Below, in pieces: positions 1-9,573 of a DNA stretch of 30,882 nucleotides. Numbering within the stretch: position 1 is the stretch's first letter; each line of letters opens with the position of its first letter. The position numbers and the translations under genes were made by a program. This DNA comes from Octopus sinensis (taxonomy: Eukaryota). Below the pieces are notes generated by a model. The model was not told the DNA's origin, ran no database searches, and saw only the letters and a list, made by a program, of their open reading frames with translations. Location: the NCBI RefSeq assembly GCF_006345805.1, contig NW_021832359.1, positions 1 through 30,882 of the forward strand, given 5' to 3'.

Positions 1-363
1 TAGATTGATAGATAGATAGATAGGTAGGTAGGTAGGTAGGTAGGTAGGTAAGTAGGTAGATAGAAAGATGGATAGGTAGGTAGGTAAGGTAGGTAGGTAG
101 ATAGATAGATGGATAGATAGATGGATGGATAGATAGGTAGATAGATAGATTGATAGATAGATAGATGGATAGATAGATAGGTAGATAGACAGATAGATTG
201 ATAGGTAGATAGAGATTGATAGATTGATAGATAGATAGATAGGTAGATGGATATCCATATAGGCAGGTAAGTAGGTAGATAGAGAGACATATAGATAGAT
301 ATATTGAGAGAGAAAGAGAGAGATTAATAGACAAATGAATTGACAGATAGCTAGCTAGCTAGT

Positions 364-409
<46 letters not shown>

Positions 410-444
410 TATAGATAGATAGATAGATAGATAGATAGAGATAG

Positions 445-478
<34 letters not shown>

Positions 479-510
479 AGCGAGCGAGCGAGAGAGAGAG
501 AGAGAGAGAT
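1..510. repeat. Compound microsatellite (TAGA)n/(TAGG)n/(GA)n
   Basis: Directly visible tetra- and dinucleotide runs. Confidence 0.97.
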
Positions 511-965
511 AAATGGATAGCTAACTGGCTAGATTGATCGCTAGACGATGGATGGATGGCTAGATTGATGAATCGATGGGCAAATAATCAGATAGATGGA
601 TAGATAGCTAATATCGATCGATAGTGAAGAGAGAGAGAGGGAGAAAGCGAGGAAGAGACGCCTGCATTGACAGGTAGCAGAGTGAGGATGACAATGGCAA
701 CGAAACGCGAGAGTGTTGTATGAGTAAGCTATTAGGAAGAGCATTCTCGCAGACTTTGCTGTGCTGCGTCTCCTGCACAGAATCAATGAGCCAGAAAGAC
801 GGACCGAGAATGGTAAAGAAAGAAAGAAATATCTGAGAGTAGCATCTCCTGCCACAGATTCTGTGCGTTCTTGCTAAGCGACACCAGAGGACGTGAAACA
901 CAAAGAACAACCACCACGGTGGAGAGTCTTACACATAATACAGAGAGGGAGGGAGGGAGGGAGAG

Positions 966-1349
966 TGGAGGCGCAATGGCCCAGTGGTTAGGGCAGCGGA
1001 CTCGCGGTCGTAGGATCGCGGTTTCGATTCCCAGACCGGGCGTTGTGAGTGTTTATTGAGCGAAAACACCTTAAAAGCTCCAAGAGCTCCGACAGGGTAT
1101 GGTGGTGATCCCTGCTGTACTCTTTCACCACAACTTTCTCTCACTCTTACTTCCTGTTTCTGTTGTACCTGTATTTCAAAGGGCCGGCCTTGTCACTCTC
1201 TGTGTCACGCTGAATATCCCCGAGAGCTACGTTAAGGGTGCACGTGTCTGTGGAGTGCTCAGCCACTTACACGTTAATTTCACGAGCAGGCTGTTCCGTT
1301 GATTCGGATCAACCGGAACCCTCGTTGTCGTAACCGACGGAGTGCTTCC
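966..1349 (+). mobile_element. tRNA-derived SINE, family A (head GGAGGCGCAATGGCCCAGTGG), full length with TSD
   Basis: A-box-like TGGCCCAGTGG and B-box-like GTTTCGATTCC; flanked by ACAGAGAGGGAGGGAGGGAG at 940 and 1350 (TSD with one GGGA unit slipped); 3' ~160 bp is shared with the family B copies. Confidence 0.9.
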
Positions 1350-1481
1350 ACAGAGAGGGAGGGAGGGAGAGAGAGAGAAGCAGAGAGAGAGAGAGAGATA
1401 GACAGAGAGAGAGAGAGAGAGAGAGTGAATGAGTGAGTGAGAGGGGCACTCAGACAGATTTTTTTTGTTTCTTTTCTTTCT

Positions 1482-1802
1482 GGTACTCTGTCGGTTACGA
1501 CGAGGAGGGTCCAAGTGGACCCGATCAAAGGAACAGCCCGCTCGTGAAATCAGCATACAGGTGGCTGAGTACCCCACAGACATGTGTACCCTTAACGTAG
1601 TTCTGAAGGAGATTTCTGCATGGCATAGAATGTGGCAAAGCTGGTCCCTTTGAATTACGGGTCCAACTCATTTTTGCCAGCTGAGTGGACAGGAGCAATG
1701 TGGAATAAAGTGTCTTGCTCAAGGATGTGACATCTCACTGGGAATTGAACTCACAGCCTTTTGACTGAGAGCTGAACACTCCTAACCACTAAGCCACGTG
1801 TC
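1482..1802 (-). mobile_element. tRNA-derived SINE, family B (core CCTTGAGCAAGACAC...CCACTCAGCTG), copy 1 of 3 in tandem
   Basis: Reverse complement starts GACACGTGGCTTAGTGGTTAGG...GAGTTCAATTCC (A/B boxes); 3' tail homologous to 1190-1345. Confidence 0.88.
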
Positions 1803-1817
1803 TTTACAAATACCTTG

Positions 1818-2134
1818 CACTCCGTTGATTATGAGGACAAGGGTTCCAGTTGACCCGATCAGTGGAACAGCCTGGTCGTGAAATTAACGTGCAAGTGGAT
1901 GAGTACCCCACAGACATGTGGACCCTTAACGTAGTTCTGAAGGTGATTCAGCATGACATAGAATGTATGTGACAAAGGCTGGCCCCATTTTAATGACGAG
2001 TACAACTCAGTATTGAGTGGACTGGAGCAACGTGAAAATAAAGGGTCTTGCTGAAGGACGCAGTATGCCACCTGGAGTTGAACTCACAACTTAACGACCA
2101 TGAAGTGAATATCCGTAAGCACTGAACCATGCAG
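1818..2134 (-). mobile_element. SINE family B, copy 2 (diverged)
   Basis: Colinear with 1482-1802 (CCAGTTGACCCGATCAGTGGAACAGCC...GGAGTTGAACTCAC). Confidence 0.82.
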
Positions 2135-2149
2135 CTGTGCTAATAACTG

Positions 2150-2438
2150 GCTCTCCATCGGTTATGATGACGAGGTTTCCAGTCCATCTGACGAACTGAA
2201 CAGCTTGCTGGTGGAATTAGTGTGCAAGTGGCTGAGTACTCCACGGACACATGTAGCCTTCACATAATTCTCGGCAAGATTCAAAGGGACAAATCTGACC
2301 CTTTTGAATCCCAGGTGCAAGAATTGACTGGAGCAACGGGAAAACAAAACTGTCTTGTCCAATGACCACAATGCACCATTGTGAATTGAACTCACGTTAC
2401 TACAATTACGAATGCCTTAACTGCTGAGCCAGGCACCT
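2150..2438 (-). mobile_element. SINE family B, copy 3 (more diverged)
   Basis: Colinear with copies 1 and 2 (GTGCAAGTGGCTGAGTACTCCAC, GTCTTGTCCAA, GAATTGAACTCAC). Confidence 0.78.
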
Positions 2439-2496
2439 TCACAAACACACACATCTATACACAAATATAGAAATCAAAAATACCCATAGTTGTTCA

Positions 2497-2661
2497 AGGA
2501 GTGGCTGTGTGGTAAGTAGCTTGTTTACCAACCACATGGTTCTGGGTTCAGTCCACTGCGTGGCACCTTGAGCAGGTGTCTTCTACTATGGCCTCGGGCC
2601 GACCAAAGCCTTGTGAGTGGATTTGGTAGACGGAAACTGAAAGAAGCCATTCGCCTACATG

Positions 2662-2694
<33 letters not shown>

Positions 2695-2891
2695 TTGTGT
2701 GTCTGTGTTTGTCCCCCTAGCATTGCTTGACAACCGATGCTGGTGTGTTTATGTCCCCGTCACAAAAAGAAACCGATAGATTAAGTACTGGGCTTACAAA
2801 GAATAAGTCCCGGGGTCGAGTTGCTCGATTAAAGGCGGTGCTCCAGCATGGCTGCAGTCAAATGACTAAAACAAGTAAAAGGGTAAAAGGG
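2497..2891 (+). mobile_element. SINE family C (head AGGAGTGGCTGTGTGGTAAG; internal TA/TG microsatellite)
   Basis: Homologous to about 10 other copies in the window; B-box-like GGTTCAGTCC; tail GAAACAAGTAAAAG. Confidence 0.9.
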
Positions 2892-2954
2892 TCTGTTGCA
2901 ATATGCACAATTGTGCATGCGTATCAGCCATGCGTATCACATTTGGTCAGCAGG

Positions 2955-3905
2955 AACAACTCCATCTTTGTCGGTTCTGTCTCGCATCCAAGAATTTATT
3001 TTCTCCTCTGCTGAATGTCTCCTTGATGGCGATGCCACTGATGCCTGTGTGGACCAATTCCCGCAGAGAAGAGTCAATGGCGTTGACTGCATGGCAATGT
3101 TGGTGGTAGACGAGCTTGATTTTGTCCAACCTTTTTCTCCTGTCGTCTGATTCCTTTCATTTCACTTCTGGTGGCTTTCAAGTTCTTGGTTCCGATGGTG
3201 ATGGAACGCAACCACTCGGTACAATCTCAGACTTGGGTTTCAAACAATTTAAGATCAATTCCAGTGGCTTCCAGTGTTGCTTTGAGTCGGTCCTTGTATC
3301 TTTGAAGAGGGCAAGATGCATCACATCTTTCTCAGCCTTACACAACTGTTTTACATGCCGGCATGGGTTGGACTGTTTGAGCAGACCTGCAAACCGAAGA
3401 GCAGCCCCAGATTCCAGTCTGATTTGGATTCGTTTCTACGTCTGGATGCCCCCCTCCTAACGCAGACCACTTTACAGTGTATGCCGGGTGCTTTTTACAT
3501 GACACTAGCATGGGTGGGTTCATATGATGGCAGTACGGGTGCCATTAGGTGGCACCAGCATGGGAGCTTTTACATGGTGCCAGTCCAAGTGCCCTTTATG
3601 TGCCACTAGCACCAGACTCTTGCAAACCAATCTTCTACTGTGGACGACAAGTCTGTTTGAGTACAACAAGACACAATTTGGAATCAATTCCAGTGGTTTC
3701 CAGTGTTGCTTTGAGTTGGTCCTGGGATCTTTGAAGAGGGAAGTCCCATGGTCTTTGCCCTGAAGTCAGCTCCCTGAATATACCTTGGCGTGGGAACCTT
3801 CACACTTCCATTCTTGCTACACGTCCTCACCATCGAAGACGGTGTTTTATGATTTGATTCTTTGATTGTTGGTCGATGGTCTAGAAAGGAAAATTTAGAT
3901 CTCAT
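2955..3905 (-). pseudogene. RTE-clade LINE ORF2 C-terminal relic, split by a SINE insertion
   Basis: Minus-strand translation: IIKHRLRW*GRVARMEV*RFPRQGIFRELTSGQRPW..PLQR..DQLKATLETTGID (3905-3673), then LQRYKDRLKATLEATGIDLKLFE...RRQEKK...LPCSQRH*LFSAGIGPHRHQ (3311-2955). These match the RTE LRWxGHVxRM motif and the terminal CxxC..F..RIGL..H motif. Confidence 0.8.
3315..3655 (-). mobile_element. SINE family E (RTE-type tail), old copy inside the RTE relic
   Basis: Reverse complement contains GTCCAACCCATGCCGGCATG, GCATCCAGACGTAGAAAC and repeated TGGCAC..TAAAAG motifs, as in 30005-30471. Confidence 0.7.
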
Positions 3906-3961
3906 ATAGATACTTCCACTCCAGCCTGGGCCTTCACCACTTCACAAGTAACTGCAAATAT

Positions 3962-4150
3962 ATATAGTTAATCCAAACAAGAAAGCACAAAAAAACACAA
4001 CAATGTGAGGACGTGAAACAAATATAGTATTATTGGACGCTCAGGAAAGAAGGAAAGAAGGAGGGTTTAATGTTTCGAGCGGAGCTCTTCATCAGAAACA
4101 TAGGAGAAGGAAAGATCCAGAGAAGGGAAGACAGAGGAAAAAAAAGACAA
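3962..4150 (-). mobile_element. PLE pseudo-LTR-like fragment carrying a minimal hammerhead
   Basis: Homologous to 28140-28330; bounded by TA runs; contains a hammerhead core on the minus strand. Confidence 0.6.
4065..4099 (-). ncRNA. Minimal type I hammerhead-like motif (decayed)
   Basis: Minus strand GTTT-CTGATGA-A-GAGC(TCC)GCTC-GAAAC-AT-T-AAAC; stem III would be ACGT before a CpG-type change to ACAT (inference). Confidence 0.55.
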
Positions 4151-4161
4151 ATATATATATA

Positions 4162-4199
<38 letters not shown>

Positions 4200-4200
4200 A

Positions 4201-4252
<52 letters not shown>

Positions 4253-4311
4253 TATATTATATATATATATAGATATATATATATGTATATATATATATAT
4301 ACATACATATG

Positions 4312-4342
<31 letters not shown>

Positions 4343-4371
4343 CTTATTTATATCTATATATATATATATAT
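4151..4371. repeat. (TA)n microsatellite, left flank of the PLE
   Basis: Directly visible. Confidence 0.97.
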
Positions 4372-4467
4372 TGATAAAACGGTAAGATAACAAAAGAAAG
4401 AAAGAGACCTCAATATTATGTAAATAGAGGAAATTTTATCTATACAATATTACATTACTCGTAGTCA

Positions 4468-4529
4468 AGATAAAACTCTGAGTTTCAGATGCCGAAGTGG
4501 AAATCCACACACCATCTCTTCGGTTATCT
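4468..4529 (-). ncRNA. Type I hammerhead-like ribozyme in the left PLE arm
   Basis: Reverse complement of the motif at 6902-6964 (one base shorter in loop II). Confidence 0.7.
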
Positions 4530-4734
4530 GGCTATTTGAAAACGTTATGAAAAAATACCGTTAAAAATGAGGGAAATACTCTGTTGTAACTCTGCTTGCC
4601 TGCGTACTTATACATTGCTCGCATTTTTCGTCATAAAATTATATAAAAATACATAAAAATATATAAAAATATATAAAATATATAAAATCTTCTGGGGACA
4701 TAACACAGAAAGCATGTTCTATCCGTTTTCTTTA

Positions 4735-6232
4735 GGGGACCAAAACGTAACAGGAATTTAGTCACATGTGGGCATGATCCGAAAAGCTCTGTCCTTGTAT
4801 TTAGACATGTGGTAGGGTCTAAGCTGCTTTTCCAGATAAGCCATCTCTCCATGTCGCATAAACCGCACCTTCCGCTGCCGTTAGTATAGGGCTTACATCT
4901 GGCCAAAAATCTTCCATTGTATGTTATAATCGACACCTTTATCTCTTAAAGAGACCAATATGATTGGATAATTGTGTCGCTTTTCTTTTGTTCCAGTGCC
5001 TAAAGCTCAAAGTGTGGTTATTGAACCTGGCCTTGAAATACCCTCTGTCAGGCCCACGTATTTCTTCGTCGAAACGGTGTCTTTAGTGGTTATAGAGTTT
5101 ACGGTAGCTTCATATATGATGGTCTTGGACATGCAAGCTCCATTTAGCGGGCACAATTCTTTATTCCTGCATGAACAGCTGTTTTCTTCTTGTGTTTTTT
5201 GTATGTTATGATTGATTATGTTTTAAAATTGGTAGTTGAACTAAAACTAATTTTTAAATTGTGTCTATTGAAGAGTTTCCTATAAGCATGGTTAACTGGA
5301 AAATGTCTATCTATCAGTGCTAGGAAATATTTACTTACCTATATTGAAGGCCACCTCGGGTGAGTAAGGGGGCGTAAACCAATGACCTTCCTATTTTTAT
5401 TATTCCTTTTCTTATTGTTGGGCTGGTGATAGGTGTATTTTATTTTTTCGCTAAAACCACTATCTTTTAAAGCTTTATTATAAACTGGGGCAACGCTATT
5501 GAAGATGTTCTCATTAGATGAGAGGCTAAAACCTCTTACTAATATTTTTAACTAAATTTTTGAATACTATAGGGGGTGGCATGAACCTACATTAATATAA
5601 CTTAGTCTATCATTGGGCTTCCTATAAGGCTTATAATATTATTATTAAGATCTAAGGAAACGTCTAAGAAATTGACAACCGTCAGGTTAGTGTCTATAGT
5701 TATACTAAGTCCGAAGTGTTTCATTAACTGGATAATATCCTTCCTAAAACGATCTTGTGCTGGTCCATTTGTATTAGCTGTTCAGGCGAGGGCATCATCT
5801 TTGTAGATGGCGAAATGTACGTTAGGGAATGTCTTACCGAAGGTATCTAGGAGAAAGAGTCCAATTAGATCACAGATGCCTGCCCCATCATTAACCCATG
5901 CTCACATCGAAAGCGCCCTCCGTGTCGGTGTTTTTACCCACTTTGCATTCTCACTGAAAAGTAATGTCTTTCTAGCATGGAAGATTATACCTTCCTTTAT
6001 CATTGGTACTATTTCTATGAAGTCACTAGCGAAGATTAGGGCTTTATCTAGCAGTTCTTAGAGATAGAGGCATAAAAATCAACAATATCGAATTGTGTAA
6101 ACCTCGCTTTTTTCTTATTCTTAATAGCTTTAAACCAGTCTACGACTTCTATACTATTGGACCATTGCACTAGCCTAGTATCGGTCTTAATTTTCGTATT
6201 TATTTTATCTAAAATTTCTTTGCTATAATCCC
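4735..6232 (-). pseudogene. PLE reverse transcriptase + GIY-YIG endonuclease, frameshifted
   Basis: SKEILDKIN..QWSNS..FTQFDIVDFYASI..HARKTLLF..FDVSMG..DGA..ICDLIGLFLL..IYKDDAL..NFLDVSLDL..YKPYRKPN..PPYS..RHFP..CSC..CPLNGAC..IIYEATV..YVGLTEG.FKARFNNH..CGLC..E..LNTRTELFGSCPH; several frameshifts and stops. Confidence 0.92.
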
Positions 6233-6901
6233 TAAAAAACACAAGAAGAAAACAGCTGTTCATGCAGGAATAAGAATTGTGCCCGCTAATGGCTTGCATG
6301 TCCAAGACCATCATATATGAAGCTACCGTAAACTCTATAACCACTAAAGACCGTTTCGACGAAGAAATACGTGGGCCTGACAGAGGGTAATTTCAAGGCC
6401 AGGTTCAATAACCACACTTTGAGCTTTAGGCACTGAAACAAAAGAAAAGCGACACAATTATCCAATCATATTGGTCTTTAAGAGATAAAGGTGTCGATTA
6501 TAACATACAATGGAAGATTTTTGGCCAGATGTAAGCCCTATACTAACGGCAGCGGAAGGTGCGGTTTATGCGACATGGAGAGATGGCTTATCTGGAAAAG
6601 CAGCTTAGACCCTACCACATCTAAATACAAGGACAGAGCTTTTCGGATCATGCCCACATGTGACTAAATTTCTGTTACGTTTTTGGTCCCCTAAAGAAAA
6701 CGGATAGAACATGCTTTCTGTGTTATGTCCCAAGAAGATTTTATATATTTTTATATATTTTTATATATTTTTATGTATTTTTATATAATTTTTATGACGA
6801 AAAATGCGAGCGATGTATAAGTACGCAGGCAAAGCAGAGTTACAACAGAGAAATTTCCCTTCATTTTTAACGGTATTTTTTCATAACGTTTTCAAATAGC
6901 C

Positions 6902-6964
6902 AGATAACCGAAGAGATGGTGTTGTGGATTTCCACTTCGGCATCTGAAACTCAGAGTTTTATCT
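6902..6964 (+). ncRNA. Type I hammerhead-like ribozyme in the inverted PLE arm
   Basis: Stem I AGATAA/TTATCT; core CCGAAGA (U4C variant); stem II GATG/CATC with inner GTGG-ATTT-CCAC hairpin; extra T, then GAAA; stem III ACT-CAG-AGT; predicted cleavage after GTT (6958). Confidence 0.7.
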
Positions 6965-6994
6965 TGACTACCGAGTAATGTAACATATTGTATA

Positions 6995-7080
6995 TATATA
7001 TATAATATTATATATATATATATATATCTATATATACAACATATGTACATAATATATATATATATACTTATTTATACGTA

Positions 7081-7122
<42 letters not shown>

Positions 7123-7146
7123 TATATATAATAATATATATATTAT
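6995..7146. repeat. (TA)n microsatellite, right flank of the PLE
   Basis: Directly visible. Confidence 0.95.
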
Positions 7147-7400
7147 CGCGGTTTCAATTCCCAGACCGGGCGTTGTGTGTGTTTATTGAGCGAAAGCACT
7201 TAAAAGCTCCACGAGGTTCTGGCAGGGGGTGGTGTCCCTGCTGTACTTCCTTCACCACTCTTTCTCTCTCTCTTTCTTCTGTTGGCCTGCTCGTTAGCCA
7301 GCGGGGTGGTGTCGCTCGAAGGCTAAAACAATGCAAATGCATTGTGACCAGCGATGTGTATGAGCATCTGATGGTCTGGTCGGTCACGTGATCACGTGAT

Positions 7401-7407
<7 letters not shown>
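7147..7407 (+). mobile_element. SINE with family A head (5'-clipped) and a different 3' tail ending in (TCACGTGA)3
   Basis: 7147-7290 matches about 1016-1170; the sequence then diverges completely. Confidence 0.85.
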
Positions 7408-7438
<31 letters not shown>

Positions 7439-7729
7439 GAAACTTGACACAAGGCAAGCGTACAGCAGAAGAGATCTTCAGAGGAAGAACTCCTATCCGA
7501 CAAGTGTTTCGGCCCTTATACCTAACACTATGGGAGCTCGGCCCACTTAGGTCATGATTATTTGGTGTCCTCCAATTGCTTTCCAAAATTCTGTCTCCAG
7601 CAGAATTTGAACCAGGGTTGTTTTCTTTTGTTCCCAGGCCTGTGTTTCAACCCACCAGGTCACCCTGACCGACAAAAGAACCAATTCTCTTCTTCCTTAT
7701 ATTTCCTCTAAAATAACCAGTGGAATCTA

Positions 7730-8090
7730 TGACTCGGTCCATTCGTCATTCCTCTTCACCTCTGTCCACTTTGAGCTCTTCTCAGCAACATCGGACAAGC
7801 GTTTGTTTGTGGCCTTTAATACCCAACTGCCCAAGTAACCGACGGGTTGATGCAGCCACGAATCCTCGTGGCCCAACTTCAATTGGTTTCACTATACAAT
7901 GGTGACCCTCAGCTCCCTCGCTGCTTGCCTCCTCTCCATTTTTACCTACCTTAAAGATGTGTTGCTCTTCTATGCGGATCTCCTTTGCTACTGACAATCC
8001 AATGAGAATCACTCTGGCACCCTGTTCAGACCATAAGACGATGCCTGGTCGCAAGACTTTCTTTTGCTTATTCCATTGGTCTCTTTTTGC
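7730..8090 (-). pseudogene. Restriction-like endonuclease C-terminus of an RLE-type non-LTR retrotransposon (HERO/NeSL/R4-like)
   Basis: LRPGIVLWSEQGARVILIGLSVAKEIRIEEQHIFK...CIVKPIEVGPRGFVAASTRRLLGQLGIKG matches the RPD..(E)LTVPWE...PIEVGxRGF pattern, with catalytic residues decayed. Confidence 0.8.
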
Positions 8091-8091
8091 T

Positions 8092-8325
8092 GAACTGCTA
8101 AGTTACGGGGAGATAAACACACCAACACTGGTTGTCAAATGGTGGTGGGAGACACACACAGACACACATATGTATGTGTGTGTGTACACACACACATACA
8201 CACACACATACACACACGACGGGCTTATATCAGTTTCCATCTATCAAATTCACTTTCAGCAGTAGGACTGAATCCAGAAAACTTGTGGATGGGAAGCAAG
8301 CTTCTCACCATACTCCCACACACCT
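8092..8325 (-). mobile_element. SINE family C, partial and diverged
   Basis: ACACCAACACTGGTTGTCAA...GGGCTTATATCAGTTTCCATCTATCAAAT...AAGCAAGCTTCTCACCA. Confidence 0.75.
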
Positions 8326-8330
8326 GTATA

Positions 8331-8361
<31 letters not shown>

Positions 8362-8365
8362 TATC

Positions 8366-8513
8366 AAATTGAGATAGGGGTTGAAAATGCAACCCTCCAT
8401 GGATAACATATATCCAACCCTACAGTCTCTTATGGTGGTTTAATAAAGTATGTGATTGAGTATTATCTGGTAATTGATATCTGATTTAGATGTATTTCTC
8501 CATTTTCTTATCT

Positions 8514-8517
<4 letters not shown>
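8366..8517 (+). repeat. Short (TA)n-bounded element, related at both ends to 9098-9460 (minus)
   Basis: Starts GAGATAGGGGTTG and ends TTTCTCCATTTTCTTATCTTG; the reverse complement of 9098-9460 starts AAGATAGGGGTTA and ends TTTCTCTATTTTCTTATTTG. Confidence 0.45.
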
Positions 8518-8554
<37 letters not shown>

Positions 8555-8633
8555 ACTATTTATTAAATTTTATGTATTGATTAAGTCTTTCCTTTTTGTT
8601 TTGCAAAATAGTGGTTTTGTCTCAAATAATATT

Positions 8634-8659
<26 letters not shown>

Positions 8660-8666
<7 letters not shown>

Positions 8667-9075
8667 CACACGTGTCTCGAGATGTGCCGAAGTTTTTTTC
8701 TATTTTGGATATATTTGGGGTACTTAGGTCTGCTCGGGACTTAGTACTTGCTTTTTCCATGGGTATGAGTAAGTATTTCACTTATATCTCACGTATTTAT
8801 CGCTGAAGAGGGGAAAATTCTTGTGAATTAACCCCGAAGTTGGGACCAATACGGTAATAACCAATTTTTTAGAAATTTCTACCGGTTTGTTTCGAGACGC
8901 ATAAATTATTATGATAATTGACAATTTTGTCTTTTTTTCGGCATATTTGGCATTAGAATTTTTCTTTTGCCCTTATTTTGTAAATTATTTTATAAATTTA
9001 ACCTTTAAAGGTATTTTTTGGTATGCTGGCCATTGATAAAAATTTTTTCCCCAAAAAAATTTTATCCTACATTAG
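8660..9075 (+). mobile_element. Non-coding (TA)n-bounded pLTR-like element carrying a hammerhead
   Basis: Bounded by TA runs; contains the hammerhead at 8797-8857; no ORF. Confidence 0.55.
8797..8857 (+). ncRNA. Type I hammerhead-like ribozyme (A15.1G variant)
   Basis: Stem I TTATCG/CGGTAA; CTGAAGA; stem II GGGG/CCCC with inner AATTC-TTGT-GAATT hairpin; GAAG instead of GAAA; stem III TTGG-GA-CCAA; ATA triplet. Confidence 0.68.
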
Positions 9076-9097
9076 TTATATATGTATATATATATAT

Positions 9098-9460
9098 ACA
9101 AATAAGAAAATAGAGAAACAAATTTAGTTTGTTAATCACCTTTCGGATATTATAATGTTGGATTATTTATTCATTTAACAAAATGAGAACCTTAATAGCA
9201 TACATATATATCTGATAATTCAATGCATATAAGATAAGAATACAAATTATAAAAGTCATAATATAAATTAATGAAATCATTAAAATCACTTCTTACAGCT
9301 GTTTCAGCCTATGGAAAAAAGTAGATAATTTTAGTTTCATTGCCTATAGGTGTCAACATACTGAGGTTGTAAGCATTTAAAAATAGGGTACTTATATATA
9401 TAACCATAGGCCTCATCCCATAGTGGGTTACACTCATAACCCCTATCTTACTTTGTACTA
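9098..9460 (-). repeat. (TA)n-bounded element with a half hammerhead (GAAACAGCTGT-A-AGAAG)
   Basis: 9289-9309 CTTCTTACAGCTGTTTCAGCC is the 3' half of a hammerhead on the minus strand; the 5' half is not recognisable. Confidence 0.4.
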
Positions 9461-9573
9461 TATATATATATATATATAAGATCAGCAACAATTTAGATTC
9501 AAATGAATATGGTACTTGATTTAGATGCACCAGAATTTTGTATGGTGTTACCCATAAAAATTTGCGGGGTGAT

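Larger units (their letters stand above)
4372..6994 (-). mobile_element. 5'-truncated Penelope-like element with inverted pseudo-LTR (probably Hydra clade)
   Basis: RT followed by GIY-YIG on the minus strand; arm 6234-6994 is the reverse complement of 4441-5200; (TA)n on both sides; a hammerhead in each arm. The clade call rests on recalled motifs (CxC..CP linker, WFxPPYS, TA targeting) and needs a phylogeny. Confidence 0.9.

Noticed and set aside
672-812. Small plus-strand exons near 672-722 and 781-811
   Set aside because: Splice signals are mediocre and the peptides uninformative; not distinguishable from chance.
966-1040. Functional tRNA genes at SINE heads (also 1730-1802 and 13998-14070)
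   Set aside because: A and B boxes are present, but there is no full cloverleaf and each continues into a repeat body.
5720-5800. In-frame TGA after YKDD as selenocysteine (Naiad-like)
   Set aside because: Domain order is RT then EN (Naiads have N-terminal EN), and the copy has other stops and frameshifts, so it is simple decay.
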